Shown piece after piece: positions 1 to 8,600 of a stretch of 32,813 nucleotides of DNA (positions within the stretch are counted from its first letter, which is position 1; each line of letters starts with the position of its first letter). The translations under genes were made by a program, and so were the position numbers. The notes beneath the pieces were generated by a model. That model was given only the letters and a program-made list of their open reading frames with translations. It ran no database searches and was not told the DNA's origin. Origin of the DNA: an uncultured Gammaproteobacteria bacterium (GTDB taxonomy: Bacteria > Patescibacteriota > Microgenomatia > UBA12405); NCBI GenBank assembly GCA_964448065.1, contig CAYUUU010000002.1, forward strand, positions 1-32,813. Direction: 5' to 3'.

Positions 1-615
1 GTTTTAACCAAAGATGGTACTAAATTTGAATCTCAAGGATTAGATTTTTTCTATTCCGGCAAATGTCAAAATGTTTCCAATGGCCAACCATTTTTATCTA
101 AAGATCTAGCGCTCCAAAGTTCTAAAGCTCTAGTATGGGGTGCTTCTGCTGCTCTAGTTGTCTACAATAAAAAAATAATAACTAAAATAGGTCTTTTTGA
201 CCAAGATTTTTTTGCCTACGAAGAAGATGTTGACCTAGCTCTTAGACTTCACAATCTTGGATTCAAAACTCTCTATGTTCCCCAAGCTTTATCTTATCAT
301 CTCGGTGGTGGCACCAGTAATAAAATGAAAAATATTAGAAGCCGTTCATCTTTTAGAAACTGGTTTTTTATAATTCTTAAAAATTATTCTAAAGAAGAAT
401 TTAATTTAAATTTTAAAGATATTTTTATAGAAAGATTTCATAATTTTTCTTATTTCTTTAGAGAAACAATTAAAATTTATAAACTAAAATCTTTTATTAT
501 TTTTCCTTTTGAATTAATCAAAATATTAATCGAAATTTTATTTAAACTTCCAAAAATGTTCAAAAAACGCCAAGCTATTAAAAAGTTAAAAATTAATCAA
601 GGAACAAATTTATAA
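1..615 (+). CDS. Glycosyltransferase family 2, C-terminal part (5'-truncated by the window edge)
   Basis: Frame 1 is open from base 1 to the TAA at 613-615. The translation ...GLFDQDFFAYEEDVDLALRLHNLGFKTLYVPQALSYHLGGGTS... parallels the C-terminal halves of the two complete GT2 proteins in this window (FFMYGEELELSYRIKK in 4099..5073; FFFYGEDLEFCYQIKQHG in 7680..8600). ORF-track entry 325..615 is only an internal Met of this frame. Confidence 0.75.
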   Translation, partial: VLTKDGTKFESQGLDFFYSGKCQNVSNGQPFLSKDLALQSSKALVWGASAALVVYNKKIITKIGLFDQDFFAYEEDVDLALRLHNLGFKTLYVPQALSYHLGGGTSNKMKNIRSRSSFRNWFFIILKNYSKEEFNLNFKDIFIERFHNFSYFFRETIKIYKLKSFIIFPFELIKILIEILFKLPKMFKKRQAIKKLKINQGTNL

Positions 616-656
616 CTTTATAAACTTTTAACTTTATAACTTGATAAACTATCATT

Positions 657-1799
657 ATGATCATAGGTATAGATATTTCTTCAACTCCCTACAAAACTGG
701 TGTCAGTAATTACACTCTTAATCTAATTCGAAATCTAGTTAAGGTTGACAAAACCAACACTTACAAATTTTTTTATTCTTCAATGCGTTTGCCAATTCCA
801 AAAGAAATTTTGGATTTACAAAAAAAACATTCGAATATAAAAATTTATCAATTTAAACTTCCACCAACTTTACTTCAAATTATTTGGAATCAACTCCATT
901 TATTTCCAATTGAATTTTTCATTGGTAAATGCGACATTTTTCATACTTCAGATTGGACTCAACCTCCAACTATAAAAGCCAAAACCATTACTACTGTTCA
1001 CGATTTAACCCCATTTTTATACCCCCAGTGGCATCACCAAAAAGTTATTGTGGCTCACAAAAACAAAATGAACCAAGCTGTTAAAAAATGCAGTGCTTTT
1101 ATTTGTGTCTCTGAAAATACCAAAAACGATTTATTAAAGATATTTTCCAAAATTAATCCTGAAAAAATATTTGTTATTTACGAAGCTGCCGAAGAAAAAT
1201 ATAATAATTTTCTAAAACTTTCAAAGATTGATCAACAAAAAAAACATGACACCATAAAAAAACAATATGGTTTGGATAAATTTATCTTAGCTCAAGGTAC
1301 CAGAGAACCACGAAAAAATTTAAAAAAATTAATTGAAGGCTTTTTAGAATTTAAAAATAAATATCCAACTTGCCATGTTGAATTGGCCATTGCCGGAAAA
1401 TATGGTTGGGGACAAGATGTTGATGGTAAAAAAGATCCTTCAATAAAAATTCTTGGATTTATTCCTGAAAAAGACATGGTTGCTCTCCATGCTAGTGCTA
1501 TTTGTCTAGCCTATATTTCTTTATATGAAGGATTTGGTCTTCCTTTAGTTAAATCATTAAAAGTTGGAACCCCAATAATTACTAGTAATGTTTCTTCAAT
1601 GCCAGAAGTTGCTGGCAAAGCAGCTCTTTATGTTGACCCTAATTCAACCAAAGAAATAGCTTTGGCTATCGAAAAAATTGTTAAATCTTCCAGTCTTCGC
1701 CAACGCTTAATTCAAAAAGAAATTACTCAAGCCAAAAAATTTGATTGGTTAATCACTGCTCAACAAACTTTATTAATTTATAAATCTCTAACGTTCTAA
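657..1799 (+). CDS. Glycosyltransferase family 4 (Glycos_transf_1 type, GT-B fold)
   Basis: 380 aa with an ATG start. C-terminal EX7E-type motif YEGFGLPLVKSLKVGTPIITSNVSSMPEVAG, preceded by GTREPRKN...LAIAGKYGWG, which is typical of retaining GT4 enzymes. Confidence 0.9.
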   Translation: MIIGIDISSTPYKTGVSNYTLNLIRNLVKVDKTNTYKFFYSSMRLPIPKEILDLQKKHSNIKIYQFKLPPTLLQIIWNQLHLFPIEFFIGKCDIFHTSDWTQPPTIKAKTITTVHDLTPFLYPQWHHQKVIVAHKNKMNQAVKKCSAFICVSENTKNDLLKIFSKINPEKIFVIYEAAEEKYNNFLKLSKIDQQKKHDTIKKQYGLDKFILAQGTREPRKNLKKLIEGFLEFKNKYPTCHVELAIAGKYGWGQDVDGKKDPSIKILGFIPEKDMVALHASAICLAYISLYEGFGLPLVKSLKVGTPIITSNVSSMPEVAGKAALYVDPNSTKEIALAIEKIVKSSSLRQRLIQKEITQAKKFDWLITAQQTLLIYKSLTF

Positions 1800-1811
1800 A
1801 GCTCTAATAAT

Positions 1812-2951
1812 ATGATAATTGGAATTGATGGTAACGAAGCTAATATTAAAAACCGAGTTGGGGTTGGTCAATATGCTTTTAATTTAATTACTCAATTAAA
1901 TAAACTCGACAAAAACAATCAATATATTGTCTATCTTAAAAATCGACCTTTACATGATATGCCAAAACCATCCAAAGATTGGCAATATCGAGTTTTTGGC
2001 CCATCAAAACTTTGGACCAGATTTGCTCTGCCTCTTCATTTATTTATTGAAAAAACAAAACTAGATTTATTTTATTCTCCAACTCATTATTCTCCTCTTT
2101 TTTGTCCCTGTCCCACCATTCCTACAATTCACGATTTGGGTTACTTAGAATCTCAAAACCAATTCACCAAAAAAGACCTGTATCAATTAATTAACTGGAC
2201 AAATCAATCAATTAAAAAATCAGCTCACATTATTACGGTTTCTAATTTTTCCAAAAATGAAATTGAAAAAAAATACAAAATTAATCCAAAAAAAATCACT
2301 GTTGCTTACAATGGCACTGACAATCCATCGAAAATAAGTAAAAAAAATCAAGAAGAAATACTATCTTTCTACGATCTACAATCTAAAAACTATTATCTTT
2401 ATTTGGGTACACTTAAACCAAACAAAAACATTCCCTTTTTAATTAAATCGTTTGCTAAATATCTAAAATCTCCCCGTCTTGTCAAAGAAGGGGATGGGGG
2501 AAGATTTGATACCAAACTCGTCATAGCTGGTAAAAAAGGTTGGTTATTTGAAGAAATATTTAAAACTGTTAAACAAGAAGGAATAGAAGAAAAAGTTGTT
2601 TTTACTGATTTTATAAACGAAGACCAAAAATGGACTTTGTATAAACACGCCAAAGCTTTAGTTTTACCATCTACTTATGAGGGTTTTGGAATTCCAGTTA
2701 TTGAAGCTATGAAGTCCAACACTCCTGTAATTGCCAGTAATATTGCTCCATTAAAAGAAGTTATTGTTGATAATGGTTTTTATTTTAGTCCAACTAAACA
2801 AAAAGAATTGGTTAACCAATTTGTTAAATTAGATTCTCTTAAACCATCAGAAAATAAAAAAATAACTGATAAAGCCAAAATTAGAGCTGATTTTTTTAGT
2901 TGGGCCAATACTGCTAAATCAGTATTAAAAGTTTTTGAACAATTTTGCTAA
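1812..2951 (+). CDS. Glycosyltransferase family 4
   Basis: 379 aa. Contains the motif YEGFGIPVIEAMKSNTPVIASNIAPLKEV and LGTLKPNKN...LVIAGKKGW. It is a paralogue of 657..1799, with the same N-terminus (MIIGIDxx). Confidence 0.9.
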   Translation: MIIGIDGNEANIKNRVGVGQYAFNLITQLNKLDKNNQYIVYLKNRPLHDMPKPSKDWQYRVFGPSKLWTRFALPLHLFIEKTKLDLFYSPTHYSPLFCPCPTIPTIHDLGYLESQNQFTKKDLYQLINWTNQSIKKSAHIITVSNFSKNEIEKKYKINPKKITVAYNGTDNPSKISKKNQEEILSFYDLQSKNYYLYLGTLKPNKNIPFLIKSFAKYLKSPRLVKEGDGGRFDTKLVIAGKKGWLFEEIFKTVKQEGIEEKVVFTDFINEDQKWTLYKHAKALVLPSTYEGFGIPVIEAMKSNTPVIASNIAPLKEVIVDNGFYFSPTKQKELVNQFVKLDSLKPSENKKITDKAKIRADFFSWANTAKSVLKVFEQFC

Positions 2952-2960
2952 ACTAAACAT

Positions 2961-3554
2961 ATGAAAGATCGAAATGGTAACAATCTAAAATCTCCAGAAG
3001 TCTCTCAAAAAATAATTACCCGTTTAAAAACAATCTTACTTGAATTTTGGTTAATGGTTTTAAGATTCGTTGGTTTTATTCCAATTCATTTTATTAGAAA
3101 ATTTTTCTATATTATTTCTGGAGTTAAAATGCCATTCAATTCTACTATTCATATTGGGGCTAATTTTTTTAAACCTTCAAACATTACTATTGGTCACGAC
3201 ACCATTATTGGTGATCATTGTTTTTTAGATGGTCGTGCTCCTCTTAAAATTGGTTCCCATGTTGGCATCGCCAGTCAAGTTTTAATTTACAACGACGAAC
3301 ACGATATTAATTCCCTAGATTATAGTAATTCTTTTGGACCAGTTGAAATTGGTGATTATGTTTTTATTGGACCAAGAGCCATTATTTTGCCAAATATCAA
3401 AATTGGCAAAGGCGCTGTTGTTGCGGCTGGAGCCGTAGTTACTAAAGATATCCCAGATTTTGAAATTTGGGGCGGAATTCCAGCTAAAAAGATAAATGAC
3501 CGTCAAAATAAAAACCCTAATTACAAAATTGGCAGAGCTATGTTGTTTCAATAA
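2961..3554 (+). CDS. Hexapeptide-repeat (left-handed beta-helix) O-acetyltransferase with an N-terminal membrane anchor
   Basis: 197 aa. There is a hydrophobic N-terminal segment (LLEFWLMVLRFVGFIPIHFI). It is followed by hexapeptide repeats IGHDTIIGDHCFLDG..KIGSHVGIASQV...VEIGDYVFIGPRAIILPNIKIGKGAVVAAGAVVTKDIP.FEIWGGIPAKKI, as in WcaF/maltose-type acetyltransferases. Confidence 0.85.
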   Translation: MKDRNGNNLKSPEVSQKIITRLKTILLEFWLMVLRFVGFIPIHFIRKFFYIISGVKMPFNSTIHIGANFFKPSNITIGHDTIIGDHCFLDGRAPLKIGSHVGIASQVLIYNDEHDINSLDYSNSFGPVEIGDYVFIGPRAIILPNIKIGKGAVVAAGAVVTKDIPDFEIWGGIPAKKINDRQNKNPNYKIGRAMLFQ

Positions 3555-3556
3555 AT

Positions 3557-4102
3557 ATGTTTAAAAAAATATTAATTTTTTTATTTTGTGCTTTTAATCT
3601 TTTAACTGTCGGTTATTTATTATTACCAACTCCAACTCTTCCAAACCTGGTTAACAGTGTTAAATCAGATGAAGTCGGGGACACCATTCAAATCAGTAAT
3701 GTTTCCGCTTATTACACCAACATGACCCGCAGTGAAGTTATCGATTTTTACAAAGCCTATTACAGTGGCCCACTTCGAATTATTTTAAATCACCCTCCAG
3801 AAAAAGCTAAAACTGTTATCAAAGACACCATCCAAAGTTATTATTTTGAAGAATTTGTTTTGCCATTTAAAGAATCTCTGTATATAAATGGTTTTGAATG
3901 GGAAAATGATGTTTTTACCAAAGCCGAAAAAAGAATTAAAAATAAGCTTATTTTCCAAGGCAAAGAATATAAAGCCAAGATTACTATTCGTACTTTTCCA
4001 GTTTCCATTCCAAAACGTTTAATTTCTTTTTTTACCACTGAATTTGTTATTTTGTTTGGCGTCTACAGCTATATCAAATTTCTAAAAACCAAGAAAAAAT
4101 GA
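3557..4102 (+). CDS. Hypothetical membrane protein (N- and C-terminal TM segments)
   Basis: 181 aa. Hydrophobic N-terminus ILIFLFCAFNLLTVGYLLL and C-terminus FVILFGVYSYIKF. It sits tightly in the operon, starting 2 nt after the previous stop and sharing an ATGA overlap with the next gene. I recognise no family motif. Confidence 0.55.
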   Translation: MFKKILIFLFCAFNLLTVGYLLLPTPTLPNLVNSVKSDEVGDTIQISNVSAYYTNMTRSEVIDFYKAYYSGPLRIILNHPPEKAKTVIKDTIQSYYFEEFVLPFKESLYINGFEWENDVFTKAEKRIKNKLIFQGKEYKAKITIRTFPVSIPKRLISFFTTEFVILFGVYSYIKFLKTKKK

Positions 4103-5073
4103 ATCCTTTATTGTCAATAATTATTATCTCTTATAACACCAGTCAAATAACCATTGATTGTCTTAAATCTATTTTTTCAGACAAAGGTTTAACTTTTAAT
4201 TTAAATAATATTGATAACTCTCAATTAACTCCAACCGAAATTATTATTATCGATAATAATTCTCAAGACAATTCGGTTTCTGAAATAGAAAAATTAATTA
4301 AAACTAATTCCAAGGCAAAAAATATAAAATTTATTAAAAATAAAAATAATTGTGGTTTTGGTAAGGCCAATAATCAAGGTTTAAAAATAGCCAAAGGAAA
4401 TTATATTTTATTATTAAATTCAGACACTTTAATTCTTCATTCGGCCATTAGTCAAAGTTTGGACTGGCTTTCTTCTCATCCAGAAGCTTCAATTTGTACT
4501 GCTCAACTTTTAAACAAAGACAAAACCATTCAAGCCTCTGGTGGTTATTTCCCCACTCTTTCCAATGTTTTTGCTTGGTGTTTTAATATTGACGATTTAC
4601 CTTTTTTAAACAAAATATCCAAACCTATCCATCCTCACCCTCCTACATTTTATACTCACGATAAATTCTATTTACAAGATCATCAACAAGATTGGGTAAC
4701 TGGAGCTTTTATGTTAATCAGAAAATCACATTTAGACAAAACTAATGGTTTTGATGAAAATTATTTTATGTATGGTGAAGAACTTGAATTGTCTTATCGA
4801 ATCAAAAAACTTTTTCCCAAATTCCAAACCTGGTATTTAATTGGTCCTCAAATTATTCACCTTGGCGGAGCTTCAGCTGTTAGTAAAACAGATCCAATTA
4901 TTAATGAATACAAAGGTATTATTGCTTTTTTTACCAAACACAAGCCACTTTGGCAAACAAAAATTGTAAAATTTTTAATCAAAATTAATGCCTTTAGTCG
5001 AGCTGTTATATACTCTATATTAGGCCAACATCAACGGGCTAGTATTTATACTCAAATATGTTCAAAAAAATAA
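4099..5073 (+). CDS. Glycosyltransferase family 2
   Basis: 324 aa. Motifs LSIIIISYNTSQ...IIIIDNNSQDNS...NCGFGKANNQG...LLLNSDT (DxD-like)...FMYGEELELSYR give a classic GT-A/GT2 layout. Confidence 0.9.
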   Translation: MNPLLSIIIISYNTSQITIDCLKSIFSDKGLTFNLNNIDNSQLTPTEIIIIDNNSQDNSVSEIEKLIKTNSKAKNIKFIKNKNNCGFGKANNQGLKIAKGNYILLLNSDTLILHSAISQSLDWLSSHPEASICTAQLLNKDKTIQASGGYFPTLSNVFAWCFNIDDLPFLNKISKPIHPHPPTFYTHDKFYLQDHQQDWVTGAFMLIRKSHLDKTNGFDENYFMYGEELELSYRIKKLFPKFQTWYLIGPQIIHLGGASAVSKTDPIINEYKGIIAFFTKHKPLWQTKIVKFLIKINAFSRAVIYSILGQHQRASIYTQICSKK

Positions 5074-6473
5074 ACCTAAACATTTTTCGTCCAATAATTG
5101 CCATTCTAATTTTATTTATTCCCTTGTATCCAAAATTTCCTTTAACCAATGTTGACGGCACTTATGTAGCTATTCGTCTGGATGATGTAGTTATTGCTTT
5201 GACAATTTTAATTTGGGTAATTTATCAAATAAAAAATAAATTTCCTGTTTTCAAAACCAAAATTACTAGCCTCTTTATTGTTTATTTTTTATCAATAATC
5301 GCCAGTTTTGTAACTGCTTTTTTGGTTTATCAAACCGATTCTATTAGTCTACTTGGACTTCATCTTTTACGTCGTTTTGAATATATTTCTGTTTTTTTTA
5401 TTGCTTTAAATAGTATTAAATCCAAATTTGATTTTTCTTTTACTTATATCTTTTTGCTTATATCTACCGCTCTGGTTTCTTTTTATGGTTATGGTCAAAA
5501 ATACCTAAAATTTCCAGTAATTTCTACTATGAATTCCGAATTTTCCAAAGGTCAACTACTTCAAATGGATGTTTGGACCCGAGTTAATTCCACCTTCGCC
5601 GGACATTATGATTTAGCTGCCTTTCTGAGCGTAGCCTTGATTATTATTGCTGCTGTTTTTTTAATTTCTAAAAACAAATTAATTAAAATTTTTAGTCTAT
5701 TGGTTTGGATTCCATCTTTTCAAATTTTAACCTTTACTGCCTCTAGAGTTTCTATTTTTGCTTTTTGGGGCGGAGTAGTCGTTACTTTTTTTCTCCTTAG
5801 AAAATATTTTTGGATAGTTCCTGTAACTATTTTGGTTATTTTTAGCATGTTTAATTCTAAAGATTTAAGTCAACGATTATTAGCTACCATTCCTGCTTTA
5901 AAAACCCAACTAATTAAAACATCTGCTGTTCCATCAGTTACTCCAACCATAACTATTATTCCAACCCCAACTACTGCCCCAATTGCTATTGGTACCAAAA
6001 CAACTCCTGTTCCAACTATTACCCGACACAAACCAATTACTGAAAATTACACCATCGATGCCGACAGTGGAGTAGCTCGATCTGGAGAAATTAGATTTAA
6101 TGTTGAATGGCCTAGAGCCATAAATGCTTTTAGAAAAAATATATTAACTGGAACTGGACTTGGCTCAATCAGCCTGGCCACAGATAATGATTATTTACGA
6201 CTTCTTGGTGAAGGGGGATTGTTATCTTTTATTTCTTTTATGGCAATTCAACTATTCTTTATAATCAAAACTCTACATCTTATTTTTAAAAAAAGATCTA
6301 CGATCTACGATCAAATATCTATCATCTTCTTTGGTGGACTATTAACAACTCTAGCTAATGCTATTTTTATTGATGTTTTTGAAGCTTCAAAAACAGCCTA
6401 TCTTTTCTGGATTATGATGGCTTTTTATTATCAATCTTTAAATCTAAAAGAAAACAATGAACTCAAAAAATAA
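5058..6473 (+). CDS. O-antigen ligase / Wzy-like polytopic membrane protein with a Thr/Pro-rich insert
   Basis: 471 aa with roughly 10 hydrophobic segments. It has a Wzy_C-like core (...LTFTASRVSIFAFWGG...) and a large loop with GEIRFNVEWPRAINAFRKNILTGTGLGS. The Thr/Pro-rich segment lies at 5919..6035. Confidence 0.7.
   Translation: MFKKINLNIFRPIIAILILFIPLYPKFPLTNVDGTYVAIRLDDVVIALTILIWVIYQIKNKFPVFKTKITSLFIVYFLSIIASFVTAFLVYQTDSISLLGLHLLRRFEYISVFFIALNSIKSKFDFSFTYIFLLISTALVSFYGYGQKYLKFPVISTMNSEFSKGQLLQMDVWTRVNSTFAGHYDLAAFLSVALIIIAAVFLISKNKLIKIFSLLVWIPSFQILTFTASRVSIFAFWGGVVVTFFLLRKYFWIVPVTILVIFSMFNSKDLSQRLLATIPALKTQLIKTSAVPSVTPTITIIPTPTTAPIAIGTKTTPVPTITRHKPITENYTIDADSGVARSGEIRFNVEWPRAINAFRKNILTGTGLGSISLATDNDYLRLLGEGGLLSFISFMAIQLFFIIKTLHLIFKKRSTIYDQISIIFFGGLLTTLANAIFIDVFEASKTAYLFWIMMAFYYQSLNLKENNELKK
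6297..6310 (+). repeat. Heptanucleotide tandem repeat (TCTACGA)x2 inside the Wzy-like gene
   Basis: Read directly: agaTCTACGATCTACGAtc. It shares an exact 16-mer (atctacgatctacgat, 6296..6311) with 7849..7864. Confidence 0.85.
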
Positions 6474-7677
6474 AAGAAATATTTTAATGATTACTCCTTA
6501 TTTACCTCGACGTGCTCAATCCGGCGGTCAAAATAGTTCCTATTATTCAATAAAATATTTAGCAGCTAAAAATAATATAACCCTAATTTGTTTCAGTCGT
6601 GATCAACAAGGTTTAGAAGAAATTAAACAATTTTGCAAAAAAGTTATTGTTGTCAAAAGAGGTAAAACTTGGGATTTAAAAAAAATTCTATACACTGGAT
6701 TTACTACTTATCCTTTTTTGGTTGCTAACTATATTAGTAAGGATTTAAAACAAACCATTTCTGCCGAGCTCAAAAATTCTAAATACGATTTAATTCATTG
6801 TGAATGTTTTTACCTGATGCCCAATATTCCCAAAACTAAAATTCCAATTGTTTTAGTTGATCAAACTATTGAATTTGCAGTTTATCAACACTATATTAAA
6901 ACCGTCAAGGGTATTCGAAAATTAATTTATCCGTTACTTTGGTTAGACGTTAAAAAATTAAAACATTGGGAAACATACTATTGGAAAAATACTAATACTG
7001 TTGTTGCTTTTGGCCAAGAGGATCAAAAAATAATTTCCAAAATAACTGGCCGTAATGATATTGAATTATTTGATAATGGAGTTGATAATAAATTTTTTGA
7101 TTCAAAACCAAAAACAGAAAAAAGTAAATTTCCATCTGTCCTTTTTGGTGTTTCCAATATGAAATGGATGCAAAATCGTGAATCTGTGGAAATGATTATG
7201 AAAGATTCCTGGCCAGAAATCAAAAAAACAATTCCAAATTGTAAACTCTACATTATTGGTCGACTTGCTCCAGATTATTATGGTCATTATCGATCTAACG
7301 ATGTTATTGTTGAAGAAGCCGATTTTGATGGTGAAAAACATGATCCTATGTATTATTATCAACACTGTTGGGCATTAGTTGCTCCTATGGGCAGCGGTGG
7401 TGGTAGTCGCAATAAATTTTTAGAAGCCATGGCTTGCCATCTTCCTATTATTACTACACCAGAAGGGATGGGGGGGATAAAAATTGAAAATTTTAAACAA
7501 TCGATTATTTGTGAATACAAAGATGTGGCCAAACACACCATCAATCTTTTAAAAAACAATAAAAAAAGAATTGATATGGGCAACGAAGCTAACAAATTAA
7601 TAAGTAGTAAATATTCTTATCAAAATAGTGTCGATGGTCTAAACAAGATTTATCAAAAAATTACTAACAAAAAATAA
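6457..7677 (+). CDS. Glycosyltransferase family 4-like
   Basis: 406 aa. N-terminus ILMITPYLPRRAQSGGQ and C-terminal nucleotide-sugar region GSGGGSRNKFLEAMACHLPIITTPEGMGGI. It contains a G7 tract at 7470..7476. Confidence 0.8.
   Translation: MNSKNKRNILMITPYLPRRAQSGGQNSSYYSIKYLAAKNNITLICFSRDQQGLEEIKQFCKKVIVVKRGKTWDLKKILYTGFTTYPFLVANYISKDLKQTISAELKNSKYDLIHCECFYLMPNIPKTKIPIVLVDQTIEFAVYQHYIKTVKGIRKLIYPLLWLDVKKLKHWETYYWKNTNTVVAFGQEDQKIISKITGRNDIELFDNGVDNKFFDSKPKTEKSKFPSVLFGVSNMKWMQNRESVEMIMKDSWPEIKKTIPNCKLYIIGRLAPDYYGHYRSNDVIVEEADFDGEKHDPMYYYQHCWALVAPMGSGGGSRNKFLEAMACHLPIITTPEGMGGIKIENFKQSIICEYKDVAKHTINLLKNNKKRIDMGNEANKLISSKYSYQNSVDGLNKIYQKITNKK
7470..7476 (+). repeat. G7 homopolymeric tract inside the GT4 gene (codons ATG GGG GGG)
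   Basis: Read directly: ...gaagggatgggggggataaaa... It is the longest G run I saw in this AT-rich window. Confidence 0.9.
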
Positions 7678-7679
7678 AC

Positions 7680-8600
7680 ATGGATCTTTCGATTATTATT
7701 CTTAATTACAATTCTGCTGACTATCTAAAAAAATGTCTCGAAAGCATCTCTAAATCAAATATTGGTAATTATCAATATGAAGTTATTGTTGTTGATAATT
7801 GTTCAACTGATAACAGCATTAACCTAGCCAAATCTTTCACTAATTCTCATCTACGATCTACGATTTACGATTTACTCAAAACTAATTTGGGGTTTGCTCA
7901 TGGTAACAATCAAGGATTAAAAGAAATTAATCCTAAGACTAGATTTGTTTTATTTTTAAATCCAGATACTGTAGTTGAAAAAGATACTTTAAAAAAAATG
8001 ATTGAATTTTTCGACAAAAATAAAAATGTTGATGCTGCCACTTGTCAAATAAACTTAGCTCTTACCGGCCAAATGCAACCAGAATGTCATCGTGGTTTTC
8101 CCACTCCATGGCGATCATTTTGTTATTTTTCTAAACTCCAAAAATTATTTCCCCATTCAAAAATATTTTCTGGATATTTTTTAGGCCATCTTAATACTTC
8201 AATTCCACACAAAATAGAAGCTTGTGTTGGTGCTTTTTTAATGGTTAAAAAATCAGTTGGTGACACAGTTAAATGGTGGAATGAAAAATATTTTTTCTAT
8301 GGTGAAGATTTAGAGTTTTGCTATCAAATAAAACAACATGGTTTAAATTTATGGTTCAATCCAAATTGTAAAATAACCCATTTTCAGGGAGTTTCTTCTG
8401 GATTAATTTCTCATTCCCAAAAAATTTCCAACGCTTCTCGGGAAACTAAAATTAAAGTTGCCAAAGCTTCCACTAACGCTATGAGAATTTTTTATCGCCA
8501 AAATTTATTTAAAAATTATTCTCCAATAACCAAAGCCTTAGTTATGTTGGGCATCAATTTATTGGAGATAAAAAGAGTCTTTAAAGCCAAATATTTATGA
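7680..8600 (+). CDS. Glycosyltransferase family 2
   Basis: 306 aa. Motifs LSIIILNYNSADYL...VIVVDNCSTDNS...NLGFAHGNNQG...LFLNPDT...FFYGEDLEFCYQ. Confidence 0.9.
   Translation: MDLSIIILNYNSADYLKKCLESISKSNIGNYQYEVIVVDNCSTDNSINLAKSFTNSHLRSTIYDLLKTNLGFAHGNNQGLKEINPKTRFVLFLNPDTVVEKDTLKKMIEFFDKNKNVDAATCQINLALTGQMQPECHRGFPTPWRSFCYFSKLQKLFPHSKIFSGYFLGHLNTSIPHKIEACVGAFLMVKKSVGDTVKWWNEKYFFYGEDLEFCYQIKQHGLNLWFNPNCKITHFQGVSSGLISHSQKISNASRETKIKVAKASTNAMRIFYRQNLFKNYSPITKALVMLGINLLEIKRVFKAKYL
7850..7870 (+). repeat. Heptanucleotide tandem repeat (TCTACGA)x2 plus TTTACGA inside the GT2 gene
   Basis: Read directly: caTCTACGATCTACGATTTACGAttta. It shares an exact 16-mer with 6296..6311. Confidence 0.85.

Noticed and set aside
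325-615. A 96-aa ORF listed as an independent gene.
   Set aside because: The same frame is open all the way back to base 1 and encodes recognisable GT2 C-terminal sequence. The Met at 325 is internal, so this is the tail of a gene truncated by the window edge.
2288-2295. Numerous A8/T8 homopolymer runs inside coding regions as possible slippage or phase-variation sites.
   Set aside because: Runs of A or T this long occur throughout the window in genes of all classes, as expected from Lys/Phe/Asn-rich proteins in AT-rich DNA. Unlike the G7 tract, they are not distinctive.
4099-4102. Possibility of an alternative genetic code (UGA recoded, as in some candidate phyla).
   Set aside because: TGA terminates well-defined genes in ATGA start/stop overlaps at 4099..4102, 8597..8600 and 11885..11888. 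All conserved proteins translate full-length with the standard code.
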